Assembly: GCA_028276785.1 (NCBI GenBank)
Contig: JAPYVP010000001.1
Location: forward strand, 1 to 32,000
Origin: Candidatus Nanopusillus sp.
GTDB taxonomy: Archaea; Nanobdellota; Nanobdellia; Nanobdellales; Nanobdellaceae
DNA: 32,000 nt
Direction: 5' to 3'
The position numbers were made by a program, and so were the translations under genes. Positions 1 through 8,366 of this stretch are shown here, piece after piece. Position 1 is the first letter of the stretch. Every line of letters begins with the position of its first letter. The notes under the pieces are model-generated. The model did not search any database, was not told the DNA's origin, and worked only from the letters and a program-made list of their open reading frames with translations.

Positions 1-529
1 CATGCCATACTGCATTATGTAATATTGTTCTATTATCTAATATTAAATCACCTTTAGGGTCTGTGTGTCCTTCGTAATTTATTACACCTTTTGGTACAAA
101 TCCTTGATATCCATCAGGAGATCCTACATAATGTACATTTTCGTTATTTGGAGATGGTAATCCATGTATTCCAGATAATACAAATAATCCAAGGGCAGCA
201 ACACCAGTACCTATTAGTAAATATCCAACAGCTTTACCTCCAAGACCTCTATATGTATTTTTCATAGATAATCCTGATGAAATTAAGACTTTTGGAGTAT
301 ATGGTAATGATTGTAATGCAGAATTTTTTATTATTGGCATATATTCTGATATTTTATTTTTGGTTTCTCTAAGTTTTTCATAGGTTTTATTTCCTATTTC
401 TTTTAATTTTTCATCTAAATATTCTACAGCTCTATTAACTCCTTCTTTAATTTTGCTAAGACCACTTCCTATACTTTTTCTCGCTCTATCCCTATATAAA
501 ATACTGTCTAAACTCCAGGGTAGTTGCAT
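1..529 (-). CDS. hypothetical membrane protein (3' end runs off the left edge of the window)
   Basis: Absent from the supplied ORF track because no stop lies in the window. My reverse-strand translation from the ATG at complement(527..529) stays open to position 1: MQLPWSLDSILYRDRARKSIGSGLSKIKEGVNRAVEYLDEKLKEIGNKTYEKLRETKNK...GKAVGYLLIGTGVAALGLFVLSGIHGLPSPNNENVHYVGSPDGYQGF...HNAVWH. It has one central hydrophobic helix and no family I recognise. It is divergent from the 734 cluster. Confidence 0.5.
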   Translation of the reverse strand, partial: MQLPWSLDSILYRDRARKSIGSGLSKIKEGVNRAVEYLDEKLKEIGNKTYEKLRETKNKISEYMPIIKNSALQSLPYTPKVLISSGLSMKNTYRGLGGKAVGYLLIGTGVAALGLFVLSGIHGLPSPNNENVHYVGSPDGYQGFVPKGVINYEGHTDPKGDLILDNRTILHNAVWH

Positions 530-733
530 ATAATATACTTTTAATAAAATTTTAAAAACATAATTATTTTTATAATTATTAAATAAATAAACCTTTTTAT
601 ATAGGTTTTATAAGCTTTGTGCATAGTCCATACATGTAAAAAACAGATACTATGTTTGTTTTAGCTCTTTGAATTTATTTGTCGAAAATTTATCGTAAAA
701 AATTTAATAAAATTCAAAATTTTTATAAATGGT
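530..733. promoter_or_regulatory. divergent non-coding region upstream of the 734-7314 cluster and the 1-529 gene
   Basis: At 204 bp this is the longest non-coding stretch in the window. It contains TATA-like runs, for example TTTTTATATA at 594-603 and AATTTAATAAAA about 25-35 nt before the ATG at 734. In this AT-rich background I cannot pick out the true promoter. Confidence 0.35.
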
Positions 734-1921
734 ATGAAATCTATAAGTGATAATGTAATAGAGCTCATTGTTATAATTATTATATTAATATTTGTAATAA
801 TAGTTTTCTTCAATGTATTAAAAGGTCTTATTTATGCAGGTAGACCAGAAGCAAAATTTGGGTATGCTTTGGCTGGAAGTACAAGTTTTATGATAAACCC
901 GGTGGCACAGGGAGTATCCAATGCTGCAACAATTGCAAATGATGTACTATTAGGAGTTGTTGCTGTTACAATTGCTGTTGGTATAGCATCTGGAATAAAA
1001 GCAAATTATAATCAGAACATAAAGATCTTAAAAAGTGCTGGATATGCTAAAGAAAATGTGGGTTTGGGAACTTTGTTACTTAAAGATCTTAATACTGGAA
1101 GAGCTCCAATAAAAACAATTGCGTCATATGTTGGGAATGCATATAAAAAAGTCTTTTTAAACCCAATGGGTAAAGGTTTATTGGCAGGAACAATTGGTTT
1201 AGATTTAGCTTTCTTAAATAATTTAGCACATGCAATTCAAGCACCAATTTTATACTATTTAGTTCCACAAGGTGTAATAGCTTTAAATTTAAGTAACATA
1301 GACAACTCTGAAATAAGAGGAATGTTTAAAGATTTAAATCAAACATATGTAGAATATATAGAAAAACAAGGATATTGTAGTAATCCAACAAAACAAGAAT
1401 GCCAAAACTTATATGCAACATATCTAATTGCAAAATATTTATTCTATACATACGGAGAAACATTGGGACAGAGTGTAACTATAACACAAAATCATAATGA
1501 ATATGCATTAATATTGTTTGATTATAATAGTAAATATGATGTTACATTAAATGATGTTTTATGTATGTTGGGAATGATGAAATATTATGATTATATCCCA
1601 TTGGAAGTTATGTATGGAAACAATGTAATAAAAAACAACAATAATAATGTAGCCTGTAATATTTTAAGTAGTGTAAGTCCTAGCGCAATGTCATCGAATT
1701 CTCAAACATCAAATGTATATAATAAACTATTAGTAAATTCATATATAGTAGATAAAAATGGTAATGTTGTTTCACAAAGTTCAACTGAAAATAATCTTTC
1801 ACCAGATCAAGTTATAATTATCCCAGGTAATATGAGATTACCAAATGGTATAATAATACAATATACATATGAAGGGGGAAATAGGGTAATTGTATTAACA
1901 TCAATTTCAGGCGAAAGTTAG
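734..1921 (+). CDS. hypothetical signal-anchored surface protein (cluster gene 1)
   Basis: 395-aa ORF. The N-terminus MKSISDNVIELIVIIIILIFVIIVFFNV is a short polar head followed by a long hydrophobic helix. A second hydrophobic stretch is VLLGVVAVTIAVGIASGI, followed by an Asn/Tyr-rich region. No family recognised. Confidence 0.7.
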   Translation: MKSISDNVIELIVIIIILIFVIIVFFNVLKGLIYAGRPEAKFGYALAGSTSFMINPVAQGVSNAATIANDVLLGVVAVTIAVGIASGIKANYNQNIKILKSAGYAKENVGLGTLLLKDLNTGRAPIKTIASYVGNAYKKVFLNPMGKGLLAGTIGLDLAFLNNLAHAIQAPILYYLVPQGVIALNLSNIDNSEIRGMFKDLNQTYVEYIEKQGYCSNPTKQECQNLYATYLIAKYLFYTYGETLGQSVTITQNHNEYALILFDYNSKYDVTLNDVLCMLGMMKYYDYIPLEVMYGNNVIKNNNNNVACNILSSVSPSAMSSNSQTSNVYNKLLVNSYIVDKNGNVVSQSSTENNLSPDQVIIIPGNMRLPNGIIIQYTYEGGNRVIVLTSISGES

Positions 1922-1951
1922 TTTATAAATTACAAAGTTTTTAGATTTATA

Positions 1952-2098
1952 ATGGAAACGGGAGAGCTTTTAAAGATAATTTTAGCATTAGTATTTATTG
2001 TATTAATATTAATATTTATTTTTATTATACTAGGGCCAAAAATAGGGCTAAATATAAATATATTTGCTAAATATCAATTAATAGGAGGAAATGGATAA
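1952..2098 (+). CDS. 48-aa single-helix micro-protein (cluster gene 2; not in supplied ORF track)
   Basis: My translation is METGELLKIILALVFIVLILIFIFIILGPKIGLNINIFAKYQLIGGNG*. It starts 30 nt after the stop of gene 1. Its last 8 nt (ATGGATAA) contain the ATG of the next ORF. The hydrophobic-helix architecture matches its neighbours. Confidence 0.45.
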   Translation: METGELLKIILALVFIVLILIFIFIILGPKIGLNINIFAKYQLIGGNG

Positions 2099-2276
2099 AA
2101 AAACAGAGGTAAATGCTTTTTTAATAGCAGTAATATTATTTATAGTAGCTTTAGTATTATTAGTAATGTTTATGTACTTTTATTTCAAAGGTGGAGTAAA
2201 TTTATTTAATAGTATACCTCAAACAAATGGCACAAATGTTGTAAATAGTATAAATAGCAATAATTATGGAAGCTAA
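2091..2276 (+). CDS. 61-aa single-helix micro-protein (cluster gene 3)
   Basis: ORF track product MDKKTEVNAFLIAVILFIVALVLLVMFMYFYFKGG.... A GGAGG motif lies a few nt upstream of the ATG. It overlaps both flanking micro-ORFs. Confidence 0.55.
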   Translation: MDKKTEVNAFLIAVILFIVALVLLVMFMYFYFKGGVNLFNSIPQTNGTNVVNSINSNNYGS

Positions 2277-2427
2277 TAATTCAATAAACTTTTTAATATT
2301 TTTAATAATAGCATTAGTAATAATCGTTTTGGCAATATTATTTTACTATAATATAGTAAATAACTCTATGCAAGTGAATGCAACAAACGTTGGGTACGAT
2401 TTACTAAATCGATCAGGATTGAGATAA
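2266..2427 (+). CDS. 53-aa single-helix micro-protein (cluster gene 4; not in supplied ORF track)
   Basis: My translation is MEANNSINFLIFLIIALVIIVLAILFYYNIVNNSMQVNATNVGYDLLNRSGLR*. It overlaps the end of the previous ORF by 11 nt and stops 1 nt before the ATG at 2429. Confidence 0.45.
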   Translation: MEANNSINFLIFLIIALVIIVLAILFYYNIVNNSMQVNATNVGYDLLNRSGLR

Positions 2428-2428
2428 T

Positions 2429-3343
2429 ATGAAGAGTAATTTTCTCAGAATAATTTTTGATATAATAATATTAATCGTATTAGCAGTTTTAATATTTTAT
2501 ATTATTATGGTTTTTATTGGAATAACAATGGGAGATGATGCAAGATATACTGGATACTTAAATTCAATTGCTGATAGTATAAATAAAAAAGATTATGGAA
2601 GAGTATTTATAAGTAATTATGATTACAATTATGTTTTTGTATTGACAAATAATGATGGATGGTACTTACAATTATATCGTTGTCTACCTCCAAATCAAGT
2701 TGTAGGTGCATTATCTGTTAAAATAGCCTATTGGAATGTTTCTACTGTAGATAATGGAAATACTGTTATATTTGCGCCAGCATTAGAATATTGTAAATTA
2801 ATAAAGCAGAGATCTTTAAATGTAGATGAAATAAATATAAAAATACAAGGATTAAATGTTGATGCAGGTTTGCTAGCATACTCTTCCAATGAAAATTCAT
2901 TGGGTAAATTTCAAATTTTTATAAGTATAGTGAATCGTTTCTTCCCAATATCTTCAATGTTTCTTACTATAGTAAATGATACTACAATAACATGTAATAA
3001 TAATGGATGTACATTTACATCTCCAAATGTTGGAGGTGGTAATATATATTGTGCTCCAAACCCAAATATAGATTACAAAAGTCAAAATTTACAATATAAT
3101 CCATCAAAATGTGTGGAATTATCGGGATTTCCAAAAAATCCGCAAGTATCTTATAGTAATTTAGTAGGTGAGATTATAAACTCTGTTACATTTGGTAATG
3201 TTTTTAAAAATATATTTGGGATAGATTTCCCAATATTGTATTTTGCAGGTTCTTTACCACCAACAGCAATATACATAGATACATATAGTGATGGAAGAAA
3301 AGCAGATATTAATATATACATAGGAGAGACTGTTCCAAAATAG
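2429..3343 (+). CDS. hypothetical signal-anchored surface protein (cluster gene 5)
   Basis: 304-aa ORF. The N-terminus is MKSNFLRIIFDIIILIVLAVLIFYIIMVFIGI, followed by a Cys-containing, Asn-rich ectodomain. No family recognised. Confidence 0.7.
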   Translation: MKSNFLRIIFDIIILIVLAVLIFYIIMVFIGITMGDDARYTGYLNSIADSINKKDYGRVFISNYDYNYVFVLTNNDGWYLQLYRCLPPNQVVGALSVKIAYWNVSTVDNGNTVIFAPALEYCKLIKQRSLNVDEINIKIQGLNVDAGLLAYSSNENSLGKFQIFISIVNRFFPISSMFLTIVNDTTITCNNNGCTFTSPNVGGGNIYCAPNPNIDYKSQNLQYNPSKCVELSGFPKNPQVSYSNLVGEIINSVTFGNVFKNIFGIDFPILYFAGSLPPTAIYIDTYSDGRKADINIYIGETVPK

Positions 3344-3344
3344 T

Positions 3345-4454
3345 ATGGATCTAGATGAACTATTAGATGCAATAATAGCATCAATATTTTTAATAATTGT
3401 ATCATTAATAGGAATATATTTTCCATATATTGTTGCAAGAATATTTGGTACACATAATCCCCATTTAGTATTAGAAGTTACTAGTTTTATTACATATTCT
3501 ACATCCGAACCCGGGAATATAAATGCGGCATTTTTATTAACCAATGAGCCAGTTTTTTTCTATGAATTTAGAATAACACCCCCAATACCTTCTTATTCAC
3601 CACTAAATCCATTATACGATAATAATAATTTTCTTATTAATATTGGAATATGTTATGTATATGATCTATGGCAAGAGCTTGCATATAATGTTATAGATTC
3701 ATTTGTAACTGCAGTATCTGCATATGTGCCAGGATTGAAGGCTGGTGGCGCTAGCGCTTTATCGAAAGTTTTAGCAGCTTTAAATAATGTATATAGATCT
3801 ACACCAGAGATTGCTAAACAAACAGTAATGAACTTTGCTGGTACATATACATTTTATACAGCACAATCTGCATATTTACAATATTCATATGGAAATCAAA
3901 ATATTTGGGGTAATATTTTCAATGCATTACAATCATCAGTGGGACCTACTATATGGTATACTGCTATATCTACTACAATGCAAGTTGTAGATATGATATT
4001 AATGCAAACTATGCCATTTCCAGCAGGTTTTTTTGCTGGTGTTGCATTTAATCTAGCACTTACTTCAGCAATCACATTAATTGAATATTTTCAGGCTACG
4101 TCCGATCCAAATATTGGTTGTTATTATAATAAATTTATAAATAAAGATAATGGAAATTCTATACTTCCAAGTGCAAAATATACAGTATATCATCCATATT
4201 TAACGTTATCAATATATTATAATCCGAATTTTACATTTTATAATGAATGTAAAGATCCTTATTTATGTGATCCAAGCTTTAGATATATTTATAATCCAAA
4301 TGATAAAACACAAAATAATATATTTAAATTAATTTTGGGAAATATAAATGATAAAGGACAAGAAGTATTTCCAGAGTTTATTATTTTGTCAAAAGTTGGT
4401 TCGGAATATGGGGGCCCATATTTAAGTGTATCAATATTATCATCTAAATCATGA
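3345..4454 (+). CDS. hypothetical signal-anchored surface protein (cluster gene 6), N-terminus fits a prepilin-like D-A-I-I-A-S motif
   Basis: 369-aa ORF whose ATG lies 1 nt after the previous stop. The N-terminus is MDLDELLDAIIASIFLIIVSLIGIYF. Further hydrophobic segments occur around FPAGFFAGVAFNLALTSAITLI. No family recognised. Confidence 0.7.
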   Translation: MDLDELLDAIIASIFLIIVSLIGIYFPYIVARIFGTHNPHLVLEVTSFITYSTSEPGNINAAFLLTNEPVFFYEFRITPPIPSYSPLNPLYDNNNFLINIGICYVYDLWQELAYNVIDSFVTAVSAYVPGLKAGGASALSKVLAALNNVYRSTPEIAKQTVMNFAGTYTFYTAQSAYLQYSYGNQNIWGNIFNALQSSVGPTIWYTAISTTMQVVDMILMQTMPFPAGFFAGVAFNLALTSAITLIEYFQATSDPNIGCYYNKFINKDNGNSILPSAKYTVYHPYLTLSIYYNPNFTFYNECKDPYLCDPSFRYIYNPNDKTQNNIFKLILGNINDKGQEVFPEFIILSKVGSEYGGPYLSVSILSSKS

Positions 4455-5299
4455 GGGCTTTATCTTTAAAGGATATAATAGAATACATAGCTGCTGCTGT
4501 TGTTATAATATTCGTATTTTTTGTTATAGCACTATTATATGCATTTTTTAATATAGAATCGTATTCTCAATATATGTTTCAGCAATTTACAAATAGTTTA
4601 TTAATAGATAGGTTAAATTATTGTTTATATGAAAGTACAAAAAATCCTTTTCTATTGTTTTATGCACCAAATGTAAATATTATAAATAAATATAATGATA
4701 CATATCAAAAATGCTTTATGAACATATCAGGAACATTTTATTATTTTATTAATCAAACAAATGAATCAAACAAACTTATATATACATATCTAAACTTTTC
4801 TTATAATAGTTATATATATTTCTTCTTCTATAATATTAACAATATAAATAAATCATATTCTTACGACCCATATAACCTTAGCTTTAAGTATAATATAAGT
4901 GTAATTCCATACAATGTTGCATATAATATTTATAATGTAAATTATACATATAATGGAAATTTACCAGCCTTAAATCAATTTTTACTTAACTATTTCCATA
5001 ATTATAGTTTATACATATATAATGAGACAAAAAATGCATACCAAAACTATGAAATCATAAATAATGCTAAAATAGTTGATCTTTCGGGATATGGAAGCTT
5101 TTATTATGATGAAGTGTATATTCATCCATTAGTGTCATATTATATTGTTTTACCTGAATATAATAGTGGAGAACCTGTAATAGTATCTTTATATGGGGTG
5201 GGATATCTTTACATGAATGGTATATATAATATGACATGTAATATGATTGCTGGAGGCCAAATAAATATATCTTCATGTAAAGTTACTAGAATACAATGA
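4451..5299 (+). CDS. hypothetical signal-anchored, heavily sequon-decorated protein (cluster gene 7)
   Basis: 282-aa ORF that overlaps the previous gene through ATGA. The N-terminus is MRALSLKDIIEYIAAAVVIIFVFFVIALL. I count 13 N-X-S/T sequons: NDT, NIS, NQT, NES, NFS, NKS, NLS, NIS, NYT, NYS, NET, NMT and NIS. Confidence 0.7.
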   Translation: MRALSLKDIIEYIAAAVVIIFVFFVIALLYAFFNIESYSQYMFQQFTNSLLIDRLNYCLYESTKNPFLLFYAPNVNIINKYNDTYQKCFMNISGTFYYFINQTNESNKLIYTYLNFSYNSYIYFFFYNINNINKSYSYDPYNLSFKYNISVIPYNVAYNIYNVNYTYNGNLPALNQFLLNYFHNYSLYIYNETKNAYQNYEIINNAKIVDLSGYGSFYYDEVYIHPLVSYYIVLPEYNSGEPVIVSLYGVGYLYMNGIYNMTCNMIAGGQINISSCKVTRIQ

Positions 5300-5784
5300 G
5301 AATACAGATAGGTTTCTTTTTATCATTTGTTATTGCTGTAATAATTATTATAACATTATTCTTTATATTTATCTTTAGCATATTTTCATTTGGAAATCCA
5401 ACACTAAATAATATAGCCAGTTTAAATGCTGTTGGTATTGAATATAAATCAGCAAATGGTTTTTTAAGTTCTTTAATTTATTTTAATAATGTAACAGTAC
5501 CTGTAATAGATATTTATGCTGGATTTCATAATAATAAAGCGTTGAATGATTATATAATAAATGAATTAACATATAATGCATTATATTATCTAAATAATTC
5601 TGCTACAATTATAACATTTTATTTAGATAATAGTACAATAATTGGGGTATGCCCAAATAGAGGATATATAGAGTATGTAGTTTATTTAAATGGTAAACCC
5701 AATAAATTTTATGTTTGTCCACCAACAGTATTATACAACTTTTATGTAAATTATAGTTTTTATTATAATTATACTCAAAATTAA
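5296..5784 (+). CDS. hypothetical signal-anchored protein (cluster gene 8)
   Basis: 162-aa ORF that overlaps the previous gene through ATGA. The N-terminus is MRIQIGFFLSFVIAVIIIITLFFIFIFSIF, followed by an Asn/Tyr-rich domain. Confidence 0.65.
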   Translation: MRIQIGFFLSFVIAVIIIITLFFIFIFSIFSFGNPTLNNIASLNAVGIEYKSANGFLSSLIYFNNVTVPVIDIYAGFHNNKALNDYIINELTYNALYYLNNSATIITFYLDNSTIIGVCPNRGYIEYVVYLNGKPNKFYVCPPTVLYNFYVNYSFYYNYTQN

Positions 5785-5811
5785 TAATATTTAAAACATA
5801 ATTGAATTTAT

Positions 5812-7314
5812 ATGAAAACATCTTTAGCACCAATTGCATTGTTTATGGGTGTAATAATTTTAACTGTCTTTGGTATATATTATTTAAATTCTCAAATCCA
5901 AATTGCGACAGAATCTTTAAAATATTTAAGTGAAGATTATATTGCATATCAAGGATTTTTATATTTACTATTTGTTTATATACCATTTGATATTAGATAT
6001 AATTTATTAAATAACCTTTTAACAAATATTTTTTCAGGATCTACATATAATATAAATTATGTATTTGGAAATAATATTCCCAATTATTATTCACAATGTC
6101 AAGTACCTTTTTTATTTAATTTAAAAAGTGTAGAAAATAATGGAAATAATTATAATATAAACTATTCATTATGCGTTCCAATAATTCCTTTAGATAATGT
6201 AAACAATTACCAAAATATAATAAATTTATTTGGTAATATTGGAAATGTTGTAAATCAAGACTTAAGGGAAGAAATTGGATATTTAAATGCAAATTTAAAT
6301 TTTAAATATGCGAATTTTTCATATCAAACTTTTTATTATGATATTTCTAAAAATAGTTTTATACTATCAAATCCACAGTATACGTTCTTTGTATTAAATA
6401 AATATGAAAGAAATTTGACTTTTCCGCAGCTAAATTATATGATAGAATATCCAATATATCCATATTTATTATACTATAATGAATTAATCAGTTATTTGTA
6501 TAATAGAACATTTCAATTTATATATTATAATTTAACAAACCAATCAAATTATATATATTTATATAAAAATGCATATTCTAAAGAAACAATTGGAGATAAT
6601 TTATACTTAAACTTATCATTTAATAATACATATTACTATGTTTTAGATTTATATACATCTCAACTTTTACCAGTACAATATCCAAATATTACAAATGTGA
6701 CAATTGTAATACCATGTGAATCAGTCGGACAAATTGTTAATAATCAATGTATAATAGATGATAAATATTCTGAATATATGTATGCATGCTTATATTTAAA
6801 TACAAGTCAAACTTTATCTATCTTTAATTATCAAGTATTAGATGAGGTAAATATATTCAATGGATATTGGTATAATATAACTAATGTAAATATTAGTACT
6901 GAAAAAAATGTAAAAGTTAGTAGAAGCTTTGTAGAAAATGTTTTAGAAAGATATACATATTATACTGGTGGATATTATCCAGCTTTAATACCTTTAAATA
7001 TTCAAATAAATTATAGTAATGTCAGTTGTTCTATAAATAATCAAACAATAAAATTTGGACCATATGATAATGATTTTAACTGTTTATCATCACAAAACTT
7101 ATTGAAAAATCTTTTATCAAATATGTGTACAATAAGTGAATTGGGATGTTATAGTGATAATGGAAATTATTATTTTAATGCTAAATGTTATGTTGTAGAA
7201 TCATATATAAATAATCAGTTTATGTACAATTATTATCTATATAAATTTATAAAAATAAATAATGAAACAATAGATAATTATTGTGATGAGTCATATTGTT
7301 ATATAATAGGATAA
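5812..7314 (+). CDS. hypothetical signal-anchored surface protein with Cys-rich C-terminus (cluster gene 9)
   Basis: 500-aa ORF. The N-terminus is MKTSLAPIALFMGVIILTVFGIYYL. It has many N-X-S/T sequons. The C-terminal 200 aa carry numerous Cys residues (CESVGQIVNNQC...NMCTISELGCYSD...NYCDESYCYIIG). Confidence 0.7.
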   Translation: MKTSLAPIALFMGVIILTVFGIYYLNSQIQIATESLKYLSEDYIAYQGFLYLLFVYIPFDIRYNLLNNLLTNIFSGSTYNINYVFGNNIPNYYSQCQVPFLFNLKSVENNGNNYNINYSLCVPIIPLDNVNNYQNIINLFGNIGNVVNQDLREEIGYLNANLNFKYANFSYQTFYYDISKNSFILSNPQYTFFVLNKYERNLTFPQLNYMIEYPIYPYLLYYNELISYLYNRTFQFIYYNLTNQSNYIYLYKNAYSKETIGDNLYLNLSFNNTYYYVLDLYTSQLLPVQYPNITNVTIVIPCESVGQIVNNQCIIDDKYSEYMYACLYLNTSQTLSIFNYQVLDEVNIFNGYWYNITNVNISTEKNVKVSRSFVENVLERYTYYTGGYYPALIPLNIQINYSNVSCSINNQTIKFGPYDNDFNCLSSQNLLKNLLSNMCTISELGCYSDNGNYYFNAKCYVVESYINNQFMYNYYLYKFIKINNETIDNYCDESYCYIIG

Positions 7315-7887
7315 AAGATTTTTATAAAATATATCTATTCTTTTTCTTACATTCTTTAATTTTTCATTCGCCTCTCTTACTAAATTATAAAAATATTCTT
7401 TACTTACTAATAATTTTTTATTTTTTGATACAATTGTTTCAATTTTTTCATTTCCTACAATTTCAACCATAACTCTTTTATCATCTATTAAAAATATTCC
7501 GGAATGTTTAAATCCGGATTTTCTCGCAATATTTAATAGTTCATATGCTTTTTCTATATTTTTTGAAGATACATGTAGAATAAATGGTTCTTGTTTGAAA
7601 TATATTTTCTCATCATAATTTTTATATACATCTAATAGTTTATTCCATATATAATAAAAGTTTACATAATAATGAGATTTAAATAAAAATTCTGCTTCAA
7701 ATTTTTTTCCACTTTTTGGTATTTTTAGTAAAATTATCCTACCAGCACATGAAGATGTTGTAAAAAAGAAGTCTAATGAGTTAATAAAATCTAAAATATA
7801 ATATATTGGTTGATCTGCTAAATATTTTTCTTTTGCTTCTTCGAGTTTTTTTATATGATATATTTTTAATTTATTAAATTCATCCAT
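7291..7887 (-). CDS. taw3: tRNA wybutosine/wyosine-synthesizing protein 3 (Taw3/TYW3 family methyltransferase)
   Basis: 198 aa. It has the FFTTSSCAGRI motif characteristic of the TYW3 domain (SSCSGRI-type), and its length and layout fit archaeal Taw3. Its 3' end overlaps the convergent 5812 gene by 24 nt. Confidence 0.75.
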   Translation of the reverse strand: MDEFNKLKIYHIKKLEEAKEKYLADQPIYYILDFINSLDFFFTTSSCAGRIILLKIPKSGKKFEAEFLFKSHYYVNFYYIWNKLLDVYKNYDEKIYFKQEPFILHVSSKNIEKAYELLNIARKSGFKHSGIFLIDDKRVMVEIVGNEKIETIVSKNKKLLVSKEYFYNLVREANEKLKNVRKRIDIFYKNLLSYYITI

Positions 7888-7892
7888 ATATT

Positions 7893-8366
7893 ATGGATAA
7901 AGAAAAGATAATATTAAATTTATTATTCTTAGCATTTTCCATACCAGTAATTTACCTAATATATTATTCATATTCAACATATTTTAGTGGGAATAAGATG
8001 GTAAATCCTAAAAATATATATGATCTATATATATCAAATTTTACAGTTAGTGGAAATTATTTTTCTTTTAATGTAAATAATCCGAATAATTATTCTGTTG
8101 AAATTTATTTCTCACTTTTGGGATTAAGGAATTCATACCAGACATCTTCAATAGTAACCTCTGGAAATTTTTTACAGAACATATATATAATACAACCAAA
8201 TAGCTATATTACTATACAATATAATTTTGAATTGGATGAACAAACAAGATTGACAATTACCCAATGGGAAAAACTTGGTGGGGTTTTATATTTAACATTA
8301 TATTATTCATCTGTAGGAAACAATTCTATTAGTGGAATAATAAATTACCAGATAGAAAAAAGCTAA
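7893..8366 (+). CDS. hypothetical signal-anchored protein, possibly LEA_2/NDR1-like beta domain
   Basis: 157 aa. An N-terminal hydrophobic helix (ILNLLFLAFSIPVIYLIYY) is followed by ISNFTVSGNYFSFNVNNPNNYSVEIYF. The NPN-containing strand pattern resembles LEA_2 domains, but the family call is weak. Confidence 0.55.
   Translation: MDKEKIILNLLFLAFSIPVIYLIYYSYSTYFSGNKMVNPKNIYDLYISNFTVSGNYFSFNVNNPNNYSVEIYFSLLGLRNSYQTSSIVTSGNFLQNIYIIQPNSYITIQYNFELDEQTRLTITQWEKLGGVLYLTLYYSSVGNNSISGIINYQIEKS

Noticed and set aside
3151-3544. Two minus-strand ORFs (100 and 96 aa) overlapping the junction of cluster genes 5 and 6
   Set aside because: They are antisense to two long, tightly coupled plus-strand genes. 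Their composition (runs of L, I, Y and C) is typical of reverse-frame read-through in AT-rich DNA.
5067-5839. Minus-strand ORFs 5067-5276 and 5609-5839
   Set aside because: They are short antisense ORFs lying wholly inside or across plus-strand cluster genes. They show no supporting features.
734-7314. Integrated virus or mobile element as the explanation for the cluster of small membrane proteins
   Set aside because: I found no integrase, transposase, capsid-like or packaging ATPase gene, no flanking direct repeats and no adjacent tRNA. The cluster is flanked by ordinary chromosomal genes. I cannot exclude an ancient domesticated element.
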